Shown piece by piece: positions 22,357-35,303 of a stretch of 64,000 nt of DNA (positions are counted from its first letter, which is position 1; the number at the start of each line of letters is the position of its first letter). The notes beneath the pieces are model-generated. The model ran no database searches. It saw nothing but the letters and a program-made list of their open reading frames with translations, and was not told the origin of the DNA. Origin of the DNA: Harriotta raleighana (Eukaryota); NCBI GenBank assembly GCA_050575255.1, contig JBNZDD010013550.1:980943-1044942 (forward strand), given 5' to 3'. A program made the position numbers and the translations under genes.

Positions 22357-24907
22357 GAACTAACATTACAGAAGGCAATTACCTGTTTACACGATTGGTT
22401 TATTAATACCCAACTCCCATTATACGATATAGAGGAAAATTTAGCTAATAAAAACATCTAAAGCCACAAGACTGAATGTCTACCGAGAAATGGTAAAACA
22501 GAATCCAATTAGTATATAAATCATAATTTAATTCTACATTTCATTCTCAAGGTGTTTTCTGTAAAGAAACTGTAGAAATTTTACATTGCTGTTATTTCAT
22601 CCTCTCTCTTCTCTCTCTCTCTCTCTCTGGAATGGCTATTGCGCATCTGCCCTATTGCTCCAAAGTGTCTTACAATGCTGATCTTCTGGCAGCTTGGGGT
22701 AGTGTGTGATCAGCCTAGATGAGTCTCTTTCACCCATCCTTCTCCCACCCGTGGATAAAGTATCCAGTTTCTTCTGTATGGCTCCCCCTCCCCACTGCCC
22801 CCAGTCAAATCCACCACCCTACACCAAAGCCCACTTCAGAGAAAGGGTATGAATTATGCATGTTGTCAAGTCAGCTGCCTGAAGCGTTGCTGGAAGGGTT
22901 AATGCCAGCAGAAGTCTGGTATCTGCCTGGAGCTAGGAGTTTAAGCTGGAGTCCCTGATGTTCACATGAGTTAGGATTGCCTGCTTGGGGTGGGGGGGTT
23001 GCTATTAAACAGAGCCAGCTGCAACATTCCCTGCAGCACTGTCCAGACTATGTAAGAACTAAGAAATGTGCTCCAAACAAGCTCACCGTAGCACCACCGT
23101 CTCTACCACCCCTCCCGACCCCCCTCCACCACACCCACCCTTAAACACACACACTGTGTTTCTGCTGTGCTCTGTTCAGCATGTACATGCTGGACGGAGC
23201 GTCTGCTAGGCAGAAGAATGCAGTGTAGTCAAGGACCTTAGGGAATGTCAAGAAGATCCATGGACGTGTTTTCAAAAAGAGAAAACCCTGAACCTTAAAT
23301 TTTCAAGCACAAAATGCTAACTAACCCTCTCCTTCCTTTGCAATCAGTTTCAATGTCAAAATCTCACTTCCTTTCACCTCCCACCCCACCCCAACCCAAT
23401 CCGCCACATCCTTCCAATGCTTAACCCCTTTCTCTCCCCTTGAAGATAACGCTTTCTCAGGATGCGTTTGTTGGGGAAAAGCAAAGGTTCACGCAATCTG
23501 AAACTTCCAGACAACGGCTTTAAGGTGAAGACCAAGTGAAACCTCAGGCCTCACATCCAGAGAGGGTGAAAAATTAAGTCAGAAAGCAACATCACGTTAT
23601 CCTGAGAGTTCAGGCTTCAGGAGAGGTGCGTCTTGCTTACTGAGATCAAATGCTCCACTTTGCCAATGCCAATGTCTTGAATTCCAAGGCTAAGCCTGAA
23701 ACCGGTAAATGCCAAAAGCCACACATTCAGTGAAAGAGTTGGAAGAGTCTTTCTCTCAACTACGATGAGATCGGGGCAGCTCTAATCACAGGTGGAAAGT
23801 AATAATGTTACCGGGTTCTAGTCTTCCACCCTCCATTCACCTGTGATCCCAACTGCACGCTGCGCATAATAATAATATTTGATATAGAGCCTTATCACGT
23901 TGTTGAGACGTCTTGAAGCGTTTCACAGGAAATACTGTAAAGTGGATTCACTGTGTGTTTTGTGTGAGAACATATATATATATATATGCTATGATTCTAC
24001 AACAGATTCAATAACAATTTTCAAATGGGAATTAAGATGGATACTTGAAAAGAAAAAAAGGGAGTGGGACTGATTGGGTAGTTCTTCCAAATAGCCAGCG
24101 CAGACATCATGGGCTCAATGGCCTCTTTCTGTACTGTAATATTCTATTCATACAAATGCTTATGCGCGCACACACACACACACACACAACAGCAAAACAA
24201 TAGGGGGAAACTTATCTCCAAGAAAATGCAGGGAGGATCTAAAATGCTCGCTTTGGAGGTACTGATTTCAAAGCTTTTAAGCCTTCAGCCAGTACCCCAG
24301 TACAGCATGGAGAATGATCCCTCACATATTCTCACTAACTGCATAACATTTACATTGGCACATTCAGCTCAATACTCTCCATAACTCTCCATTTGCTATC
24401 CATGGCATGAACAGGATTGTACTACGAGTGAACTCGATGCATAACTTAAAAGAGAAATCTTTCACTGAAGATCAATAAAAGAGGCGCTGCCATAACAACA
24501 ACAACTTTGATTTATATAGTGCCCTCCACGCAGGACAGCGTCTCAGAGCGCTTCGCAATAACGGATCCCGAGGGCGAGCTAGGGGCAGGGGGAGAAAGGT
24601 GATCGAAGGCGTGGTCGAAAAGAAAGGTCTTTAACTGAGGGAGTGCTGCATTGTCGGTGATGGCAACTTCTGGATAAGACTAAACTGAACACCCGACTGC
24701 CTGTTTGGGGGGAGAAATTAAAGATACCATGATATTATCTGAAACTAATAATAATTCTTGCATTTGATATTGCGCCTCATCACGCCTTTGAGGTGTCTCA
24801 AAGTGCTTCACACTTTATCCTGTAAAGTGAATTAATTGACTGTATATTTTCTGGGCGAAAAAAGAGCCAGTTTCTCCCTGTTGTGTCCCAACCAAAATTC
24901 CGTCAAG

Positions 24908-25150
24908 TAATAATAATAATACTAAAAATCCTTCCATTTGATATAGCGCTTTTCACATCTTCTAGATGTCTCAAAGCCCTTCACAGAATATACTGGTAAA
25001 GTGAATTCACTTTATATTTGTGGGCAAATGCGGCAGCCGATTGTGTACAGCAGCATCCCACAAACAGTCGTGGATTGAAATGACCAATTTATTATAGTTT
25101 TTTTTTGATAAGATTATTATTGGGAGTGTGGAGTAAGGAAACCTGCCCAA
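24908..25150 (-). mobile_element. Young Deu SINE, 5'-truncated, nested in an older SINE
   Basis: Same body in reverse complement; older SINE pieces flank it (24635-24900 and 25160-25310). Confidence 0.85.
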
Positions 25151-25499
25151 AAGGTAAAAGTAGTCATTCATTTATGTATGGGACACTGCTGTTTGCAATT
25201 GGCTGCTGCCTCTATGCACGGTCCACAATACTTTATAGTGAGTCCTGTGAAGTCCTTTGAGATAGCCTCCTGACCGCAAAGGCGCTCTATGAAATGCAAG
25301 GATTATTATTTATTTATAAACAATCTCTTTGATTGCGTCCTCTGCCACCAATGAGTTGCAGCTTTGAGGCTCTGCACTTCCCATGGCCGGGACACGCTCT
25401 TGCTGCAAACAACTCGCCGGGCTATTCGAAGAGGAGGGAACATTGAATGGAAGGGAGGGGGAGGATATGAATCATGTGACACATGGCTTTCCTCGTGTA

Positions 25500-25645
25500 C
25501 ATCGGATCAAGAGTCGTTGACCTAAAGAGTTGATTCACTTTTCCTTTCACCATAGATGCTGCCTGACCCGCTGAGTGTTCCCAGCGATTTCTGTTTTTGT
25601 TTCAGGTTTCCAGCATCTGCAGGATTTTGCGTTTTTTTCTGTTTT
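25500..25645 (+). mobile_element. Short chondrichthyan repeat resembling a Penelope-like pseudo-LTR derivative
   Basis: Motif agatgctgcctgacccgctgagtgttcccagc...ttcaggtttccagcatctgcagg, recalled as an abundant shark/ray repeat; internal inverted pair agatgctg/cagcatct. Confidence 0.55.
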
Positions 25646-27363
25646 ATACCTGAGCTGCTGATACTCCTTGCATTTAAAATGTCGCCTTTCATGCGTTTCA
25701 AAGTGCTTCATAGGATTCTACTGTGAATTGTTGTGACCGTGTAATTTGTTAGCGAATGCAGCAAACAATTTGCGCACAGTAATGGCGGACAAACAGCCAG
25801 GAAGTGAGTGACCAATTTAGGAAAGGGGTGATGGGTGGTGGGAGGGATGAGGAAAACAAAGAGATTGTTGGCCAGAATACCAAGAGAAACTATCTTTCCT
25901 TTACTAAGAGTGCTGCGGGATCTTTAAAGCCTACCCAAACAGGCACATGGGACATTTGGAGAAAATATACTAGGAAATGCTGTATTTTATGGGTTAACAT
26001 TGTGTGTTTGAGGGGTGGTCGCACAATCAAAGGCTTCTGCAGCTTTTGTGCCAACCATTCCAGACAAATCTGTTACTTTAATTTTGTCATATCCAAAAAT
26101 AATCTGCTATTAATCTTTTGTGCTAAGTGTTTACCCTTAAAAGCACTAGGCCAGAGGTTTTACGTTCTAGGCGCCTCAAAGGTGGGCTAAATGCTAAGCC
26201 AGCCACATACTGCCTGGTGGGCTAAATTAAACCCTCTTCTGCTTCCTTCAGCAGATTGCAGACATGCTTGCACAGTGAAGTTACAGCTGTAGGCTCACCC
26301 AGCCTGTGGCCATGCTGTTCAATGCTGGATAAAGCTACGGATTTGCTCTCACCTCACAAAGCTGCAAGTTTCAGCCAAGATCCCTTGGGGGGAACTGAGG
26401 AGAAAGGTCAATTTGGGGGCTGGCTTCACGCTATGTCCTCTGGGCTTTTAATAATTCCAGCAGAGCCTTGGCCTTGGAATCATTATAGTTAAAAACCTCT
26501 TAGCTGATGTCCAATAGCCACTGTTGTTTGTGACGAGATCTAATGCATTAGCTGAGTCACCGAATAATGAGTTACTGCTGACCTGAATTTATTTCATGAA
26601 ACTTTAATAATTTTTCACACCAAAGTTAACTTGCTATTCACCTTCTATACTCTGTGTTAACCCTTAAAGCACCAGGCAAGACGTGCTATGTGCTCGCCTA
26701 CTGTAAACGGTAACTAAGAGAGAGGTGAGAATAGAGACAAACACACAATACTGATGCCAACAAACATACAGCACCCTTTATGCAGGGTAGCGTCTCAGTG
26801 CACTTAATAGCTAGCACACTGGCAAACTGGTTAGAGAGTCTCATTCTAAATCCATAGGAAAGATGATGTAAAGCTCGACGTAGAACAGGGGCTTACCCAG
26901 ATTTACTGATATACATCTTCATTGTGTTTGTGTGTATGTGTGTGTATGTATGTGTGTGTGTGAAGAGTTGCTCAAGTCTGAGTGAACCAGGATGAAGCTT
27001 TATTGAGTTGGGAGGGAACAGTTGAACTATTATGCAATTGAACTATGATATTATGATTTATAATCTATTCATCCTTTTTATACTCAAGTGTAAGTATCAT
27101 TAGCATCGCAAACTTTTGGGCCGAATGAATGCAGACAGGCTCTATGTAACATCCTCCCAGCTGCATGCCTGGAATCTTCCCGGGAGACTGTTACTTCAAG
27201 ACTTCATGAATGACCCAAGTGTGACGCTATTGAGGAAAATATGACCTCCAAGAAACAATCCAAGATTTATATCATGCTCGAGTTCAACATTTTTTAATGT
27301 AAATAATTGAAGATTAAATTTCACCACTATTCAGTATTTAACAAGACTTGGTTTATTGGGTAC

Positions 27364-27685
27364 CTGTGGAGTCCTGTAGCTCAGTGGTTAGAGCACTCGC
27401 CTTACAAACGAGGGACTGGGTTCAATTCCAGGCAGGGTGAAACCTTGGCCAAGTTTCCTTACTCCACACACCTAATAATAATGCCTCAAAAAATAACAAT
27501 AATAAAAATGGGTCACTCAATCCACGACTGTTTGTGGGATACTGCTGTGCACAATCGACTGCCACAAATATACAGTCAATTCACTTTACAGTATATTCTG
27601 TGAAGCACTTTGAGATGTCCAGAAGACATGAAATGAGCTACAACAAAATGCAAGGATTATTATTATTATTTTTATGATTATTACT
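27364..27685 (+). mobile_element. Full-length young tRNA/Deu SINE
   Basis: gtagctcagtggttagagcactcgccttacaa...ggttcaattcc head, Deu core, (TTA)n tail. Confidence 0.9.
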
Positions 27686-27689
27686 ACCA

Positions 27690-28337
27690 CTCTTACCTCC
27701 TAGTCACCAGGTTATGGGTTCAAGCCCTACATCGTGATTGTGAACTCACATTGTCTAGACTGACACTCCACTCCAGTGCTGGGGAAATTCTGTATCGTCG
27801 TCCTTCAGATGTGACGTGAAACCAAAGCCCCCTCTGCCTGTCTAGAATGTTAAAAAATCCATGGTACGATTCAAAAAGAGAAGGGAGTTTCTCTCTTGTG
27901 TCCTGACCAACAATCCCACAGTAAAATGTGGTGATTCATTTTATGGTTGTCTGTGGGACATTGCAATTACAGAAGAACATAAGAAATGCTAGACGGAAAA
28001 GCAACAACAACATGTAGTTCGCCTTCCACCTTCCTGGCGGTCGTATGCACATATGTCTCAAACTACCTACATACTGTTTCTCATAATGTTATTTCCCAAA
28101 AGAAAACTATCTAATCTGTGTTTGAAAGAATCAACACTTTCCACTTTAACCGTCTCCCGACTGTAACACAGATTCACTATTCGTTCCACAGGTTCACTAT
28201 TCACAATTGGCGACAGCATTTCCCCACAGAATATATAAGACACTTCAATTCACAGTAAAACCGATGAAGAACTTATCCGAGATATCTTTTCAAAGCAAAA
28301 GGCTCCTTATAAAATGCAAGGATGATTATTATTATTA
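27690..28337 (+). mobile_element. Old Deu SINE interrupted by a CR1-like fragment (~27975-28200)
   Basis: gggttcaagccc...gacactcc...ttcagatgtgacgtgaaacc...tgtctgtgggacattgc, resuming at aattggcgacagc and ending aaatgcaagg(att)n. Confidence 0.65.
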
Positions 28338-29984
28338 ATAGTTTAATATTGTCCTTAGACTTTACTGCCTCCTCTCGACTCTCTACCTCCTCCTTGCTCC
28401 CACCCTCCCCCTCCCCCTTCGCCCCGAACATTTCCCCCTGCNCAAGATAAACGTCAGTAGATGCAGAAAAAAAACAATGAAACAAAAAACAGATTCATTT
28501 TTTAAAAAAAAGGCATGTATTAAATTCATAAATATGATTTGCTATTCANACCATACACCATATTCTAGTTTGGTTTGCAACCAGAAATTCTGGATTCTTT
28601 TTTAATTTAGACAATTTGCCCCTCAAGATAAACGTCAGTAGATGCAGAAAAAAACAATGAAACAACAAAAAACAGATTCATTTTTAAAAAAAAGGCATGT
28701 ATTAAATTCATAAATATGATTTGCTATTCATCTTGTTTCTGGGCATCCCAGCTGGCTTTCTGTTATTAGCTTATTTGAATTCCTATGGAGTGAAGTCAAC
28801 ATTATTACTTCCCATTCATTGAAGTCTCCCAATTGCATATTTTCTTACTGTGAAAGCTCAGTCTGGAGCCTGGGATGGGGGTACTGGGTTAGAACATTAC
28901 ATTCTCTCTTAGGATCTCAGTTGAAATCTAGCCAGGATGGAAGTCTCCACCATTAAATGCCAGACTATATACTGCGGTTCGGAACGCCGTTCTTTCAACA
29001 TAAAAAGTGAAAGAATTGGGATCAGGGCATTTAAGGCGATAGTTTAAGGATCAAACAGTGCTTATAATGGATCATGATCGCCAGTCAGTGTTTGCACATT
29101 CATTGCGTATTTGCTCAGAAAGTCCTAAGTCTTGACTGGTATGCCAAAGCCAAAATGGCCCGACTTCCAGCTTGTCATGCAGGAAATGCATTGGTGGTGA
29201 CCTGGAAGTCAGCAATTTTGCCTTCTCCTGTGCTGGTCAGAATTTAGTCTCCCTGCGAGCAAGCGATGGGACGACCCCCTCACATTTTTAACATTTGGGG
29301 TTTTGTAGATATCAGGATTCTGCAATAAGTAAATAAACCTGCGTTCTAATGATGCTCCTTAAAGCAGAGTTCTATGGTCACCTCCACAGTTTCCTTCAGT
29401 GCTGAAATCTCTATAATTCAACGCTTCCTTCACTTCTAGAAACTGGACCAAGTGTTAGTCTCGTCAGATTGGGGTCTAGATTTAACCATTGGAGACTATG
29501 GTTTAAGAATCAAATGCTGACCAAACACGCAAATCGAGAATGGAACTGAAAATGAGCTGCGAGCAAATCGCAAATTGAGTATTAATTGTAACGCCAGACT
29601 TTGTGCCTGAAATGGCTGATTCTTTGGCCAAATTTGATTACAATAAATCCCAACCCCGAAGACTGTCAAACGCTTTCATTCTATTCCGCCAATGATGTTG
29701 TGCTCTCTCAGACCTCTCCGTCATATTGATCGGGCCTTTCTTCCAAGTAAAATACGGCCCGAGGGCGAAACACTGGTCACAGGCATGGTTTGAAAATACC
29801 ACTTTTTCCACCCCAATGTTATGGCATATATTCAACTCAGAGGAGAGAGGACACAGAACACTGCATTGCCGTACAATTGGCCAGTGACCACACGGTTCCA
29901 AGCAACACACCCCTGGGTTGTAAGCAGTGAGAACTTGGTACTTTTGTGGTCGTGTGTAACTGGCAAGTGATGGTGATGCAGCCA

Positions 29985-30132
29985 AGGTTTCTCATGGATA
30001 AAGGGATTAAGGGATATGGGGATAAGGCGGGGGCAGGTGGAGTTAGATTAGAAGATCAGCCATGATCTTATTGAATGGCGGGGTAGGCTTGAGGGGCTGA
30101 AAGGCCTACTCCTGCTCCTTATGTTCTTATGT
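29985..30132 (+). mobile_element. CR1 LINE 3' end
   Basis: agggattaagggatatgggg...gatcagccatgatcttattgaatggcgg...cctactcctgctccttatgttcttatgt. Confidence 0.85.
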
Positions 30133-31803
30133 TTGCTCTGAATGATGCAGAGCAATTCAAGGAACCGAATAGATGGAGTTGGATAGGTTTCGAATACACC
30201 TTATGCCTGTTAGTGAGTAACATCAACACTACAAGCAGCTCATGAATTTCTTCACATACGCTCTACCCTACTTACATTTTTTTTTAAAAAAAGGCCTTTA
30301 GTGTCTAGGACACTGGTACGTGGTCTTGCTAAATCAAGAACTCCAACATGGAACCCCTCTGCCTCACCCACTCCCTTGCCTCCTTTATGGCCCATTGCAA
30401 AACCTTCTTCTATTAAATATTATTAAATATATTGGTCATCCATCTTCTCACCATCAACCCCCAGCCCGTTACCCCCTATACACCCCACACCCTTTGTTTC
30501 CAGCCCTCTCAACTCCAGATCACTGCTTGGGTGCAAACACTTGACTGTCCAGCACCTTGGGACGTCCTCCAGACGTGAAAGGCGTGCTGCAAATGTAATT
30601 TGTTGCCCTTGTTATAAATTCCATTTTCCAGCTCAGTCTTCACAACCCATAATATTTTCACTACTTCTGTGTTTGAGCTGGTTCTCTTTTGAATGATTTT
30701 ATTGCTTCAGCCGCAAGTGCCAACTGATGTAAAGAATTCTGCACCTTAACAACACTCTCAATGAATAAATTCTTTTGTAATCTCTCCCTTGGCTCTTTCA
30801 CTGACGATCCAGAGACCATGCCCTCGTCACTGATTCCCCAACCGGTGGAAGTAGTTTTATTTCTCCCCCTGTATTTATTTTGTCATTACCCTTTCAGAAT
30901 ACTAACCACCGTCACTGCTACACTCTCAAGTCCCTAACTAACAGGCAGAGGGTTGGAGAAAGTCTGACACTGAAAAATCCCATCACTTATTACAATCCCT
31001 GATAATGATCCTTATAAATGAAAGTCTGAAACCAACCCCCTGTGAGAGGAGATTTGAAAGAATCTCTCACTGAATAACAATGTGCTAGGCTGCAACAAAC
31101 CCAGGAGTTCCTGCTGATTCTTTGGCTGAGTACAAAGTGAGAAACTGTTCCATTCCCCAGTACTGTTATCCTTCAGTTTAATGAGCGCGCACACACACAT
31201 ATACACAAAAGGACGCATTAATAAAAGCAATTTATAAATGTACTCAGACAGGGGCTGTGTTCCCACTCGAAATTATTGTTAGAACATGTGGCAAGGCAGA
31301 AAATCACTCGTCTCTGGACAGAAAATCACTGCCTCTGAACAACTCGCATCATTTTTTACATACGTTCGTACGTACATGCAGTTTTACCAGATCAGAAAGC
31401 GTCAGAGAATGAAACGCATCACAGATAAACGTAAGTGCAAGACACGGGCAGTTTTACCAAGGTAAGTTTTATCAAGATACCAAGGTAATGCTTGGTATCT
31501 GATTAGGTCTTATTATAATCTAGCAACCAAATGGTTAATCATCATTCTTCCATATGATATTACTTGTCACTTTGTCAACGTGTCTCAAAGCACTTTCCAG
31601 GATGCACTGTGCATTTTAGAGGTGAATATGGCAGCATGTTTGCACATAACAATGTCCCACAAACACCCATGAAATGAATGACCAGTTTTATATGGGAGAT
31701 TCTTAACCAGGACACCAATGGAAACTCCCTTCTCTTTTTGAGTTGTCCCAAGGGATCTTTCGTGTCTACTTGGGCAGGCAAGACAGGAGCTCAGTTTAAG
31801 CTC

Positions 31804-32146
31804 CTGTGGAGCTCCTGTGGCTCAGTGGTTAGAGCACTCGCCTTACATGCCTTACAAGCATGAGGCCTGTGTTCGAATCCAGGCAGATCAGGGCGAAACC
31901 TTGGGCAAGTTTCCTTACTCCACATGCCTAATAATAATCCCTCCAAAAAAAATCACAATAATAAAATTGGTCATTTCAATCCATGACTGTTTGTGGGACA
32001 TTGCTGTGCGCAATTGGCTGCCGCGTTCCGCCCACAAATATACAGTCAATTCACTTTACAGTATATTCTGTGAAGCGCTTTGGGATGTTGATAAGATGTG
32101 AAAAGCGCTATATCAAATGCAAGGATTATTATTATTATTATTATTA
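31804..32146 (+). mobile_element. Full-length, very young tRNA/Deu SINE (subfamily with 9-bp head duplication)
   Basis: A-box tggctcagtgg (31818-31828), B-box gttcgaatcc (31871-31880), duplication gccttacat/gccttacaa, Deu core, (TTA)n tail. Confidence 0.93.
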
Positions 32147-32637
32147 ACATCTCTTCTCAAAATGATCTCCGCATACATCGGACACACAGTTGACCAAAAC
32201 GTAGAGCCAGAAACAACAATTAGCCTTTATATAATGCCTCAGAGCGCTTCAGCCAATCTATGCTTACTGCACGCTCGTAATAGTTTTAGGGACCTAATCC
32301 TTCTGTCATCTCCGTTGAGATGTTTGTCTCAATGTTGAAATAAATAATTTACGAAAGTCAACTATTGATCAATGGCAGCTTGAACAGAGAGGAAGGAACG
32401 CTTCAGAACCTGGCAGGAAGGGGAAGAAAGAAATGGCTAAACAGGACATTTAAAAAAATTATGTTGGCACCTACAGCAGTTTCCTCCATGTATTCATTCC
32501 AAACTTTGGGACTAAATGTAGAAGAACAGGAGGCCCCAGATTCCACTGACAATATACAATATATTGTAACATCTACAATTTCAGATTGCCCTTAATTGTT
32601 AAGAAATTCAGCCTTAATGCAGGAGATATTTTTCTGA

Positions 32638-32880
32638 ACAACAACAAAATTACATTTATAGAGCGTCTTTCACGTCGGGAGGATGCCCCAAGGGGCTGAA
32701 CAGTCAGGTCGGGACCCAAGCAAAGGAGAGTGGCAGGGTAGGGGGGAGAGAGGGGAGAAAGTTGGGAGGGGAGGGAGAGAGTTGGGAGGGTAGCAGAAGG
32801 CACGATCGAAGAGGACGGTCTTGAGACCGGCCTTGAAGGAGGTCAGGGAGGGAACGAGGTGAAGGGACTGTGGGATGGAA
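32638..32880 (-). mobile_element. L2 LINE 3' end
   Basis: (CAA)n tail, ctttcacgtcgggaggatgccccaagg, G-rich 3'UTR, ggtcttgagaccggccttgaagg. Confidence 0.85.
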
Positions 32881-34611
32881 GTAGTTAAAACTAAAGTGGT
32901 CTAAAGCGGGCCTTCCCAAATAGTTCTTTTATTGTTAGCGCACTTAACCCATCCCCCTCCCAGCCCTCTCAGGTCTCTTGGAAGCAGAACGGATGATTGA
33001 AACCTCAACCCCACAAAACTAATGTGAGAATAAGATCTTTGCCAAAGGTGTACTGTACATACAGTAAAGTTTCAATGCACAGGAGGGAGTCTGTCTCTGT
33101 AAGGGAGCTACGAACCCAGCACAACGTTGCAATTCACATTGCCTGGATATTTCAGTTTCCAAGTAAGCCCTCACTTGTTGACTCACAAGGGATCCAATCT
33201 AATCTACTTCACGTCCTGCTCTGCCCACCCTCCCAGTTGCCACGGCAACGCAAAGAGGAAAATCTGGCCAATATAATTTCTTAGGAAATGCCAGAGATCA
33301 TTAGAAAGATGATAGATCCGTTTGGGCAGCACGAACGTCGAGGACAACTTTAATCCATCACAATTCAACTGGCCACACCGCGGTACCTTTTTGACCTGGT
33401 GCTGGTCTCCACGGTAACGCACAAGGTGCCCTTCATGTAAGCGAGACAGGATAGTCTGCCTGTGCTCGCTGGCAGCAGCACGGATTCTTTTAAAGAGGCT
33501 ACTTGAACTTGCAGCCATAGATTCACCGACTCGAGACTAAAACTTTTATATTAACCTTGTCATGCTGAGGAGGACTGGGGAAAAAAAATAGTCTGTTGTA
33601 CACTTGTCCAAAGACTCTTCCCAGCTGTTACATATACTGTATATAGGACAACCCCATGAGTATGCACTCCCCCACCAATAGCTAAGCACTGATTCACTTG
33701 TACTCTACTCCTAACTCGCCACACAATACACCTAGCTTCCTAGCCTGACTAGCCAGCTCTCAGCGCTTATAAAAATGGGGCCAGATGCTGCCATTCAAGC
33801 AAGTAAATTATTACGTGGGGAAGTTGTCAGCCCTTGGTTTCGCAGCTCCGAGAGGACAGTAAATAAGTGATGTGTTAGATCGGAATGCAAGAACGTGCTT
33901 TACGCAAATCATTTGTAAGCTTATTATTATCAGAGAACTCGAGCTAGATTAAAAACCATAACGGAGCCATGTGTGATGTCTGAAGGGAATGAACTGACTG
34001 AAACTGCTGAATTCTCATCGCTCTCCACACACGTGGCCTTTTACGTCCGCGGCTCCTAATACTATTAAATGCAGGAAACACGACCACAAGTAGCTCTCCG
34101 CTGCCGAACAGATGCAGATGGATAACTATAGGCCAACAACCACAGGAGCATTGGGTGTCACGAGCACTGGAGGAACCTGTACCAGTTTGTACCCTGCAGG
34201 TTTAGTGCACGTCACACTTGAATGCTTTTAGCTCATTACAGAAGCTGACCAGTTACGTGAATCACATCTGCTGTGTTTCAAACATATCCACCCAAATATA
34301 TTACAAACATACCGAATGGAGTGGTAAAGTATTTAGATGTCGTTAGGCAGCTGTCTTCACTACCCTTAAGATTTCATTGCATAATCTGGCATTGCTTTTT
34401 AAAAAAAAAATCTATATATATATATATATTCTGCCCTTAACAATCTGTCTAATGAACTGGTTCATGGTTGAGTAGAATGCTACAGGACATTCTTCACTTG
34501 TTAAGCCATGTTGAATATCAGTAGCCTAATGTATAGTAGGGTCAGTACAGTTAATAATAATAATCTCACCTGACCTTTAAAAAAAAATGGGCATTTTTCA
34601 CCAGATGGTGT

Positions 34612-35303
34612 TGTGTCATGCTGGCTCAGTCAGTGGCGTTCTCACCTCTGAATCAGATGGTTGTGAGTTCAAATCTAGTCAGGACTTTCAACTCATTGAT
34701 GAGGATGACAATCCATTATCCTGCATGACAACTACCCGACATTGTCGGAGATGTCATTGGATTAGGAATCCTATTGCTTAATGGTTAGACCAACTGCCTC
34801 TCAGGCGAAATGATCTGGGCAAGTTTCCTTACTCCACATGCCTCTGTTTAGCCAGCATTACTCGATTGGTGGATTGCTTTTCCTAGCGGTAATAATCTCT
34901 ACAAAATGTTAATAATGTGGTCACTCAATCCATGACAGTTTGTGGAACACTGACGTGCGCAACTGACTGCCGTATTTCATCCACAAAATATACAGTCAAT
35001 TCACTTTACAGTGTATTCTGCGAAGCACTTTGAACCATCTTGAAAGCCTAAGGTGTTAGATCAAACACAAGAATTATTATTATCATTATGTTATAAACTA
35101 ATATCCCATCTGCTTGTTCAAGTGGATATTAAAGTTCCAATGGTGCTATTGAAAAAAAAAGAAGTTTCTCCCAGTATCCTGGCTAACAATCTGCAAAATA
35201 AAATTGGGTCATTCACTCATGGCTATTTTTGCAAGCACTTGCTGTGAACAAAATGTTTCAATAATGTGATAAGGCACTGTATCGCATGCAAGGATTATTA
35301 TGA
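34612..35303 (+). mobile_element. Old Deu SINE with a younger SINE nested at ~34780-35087
   Basis: Old head gctggctcagtcagtggcgttctcacctctgaatcag, then the young SINE body and tail, then the old SINE resumes at ttgttcaagtggatattaaag. Confidence 0.7.

Noticed and set aside
27370-27435. tRNA genes at SINE heads (A/B boxes)
   Set aside because: There is no complete acceptor stem, and each runs directly into the SINE body and tail.
31817-32101. Recurrent similar ORFs (…[21 protein letters not shown]…) at 31817, 43522, 50939, 56421 and others, resembling a gene family
   Set aside because: These are chance translations of non-coding SINE copies.
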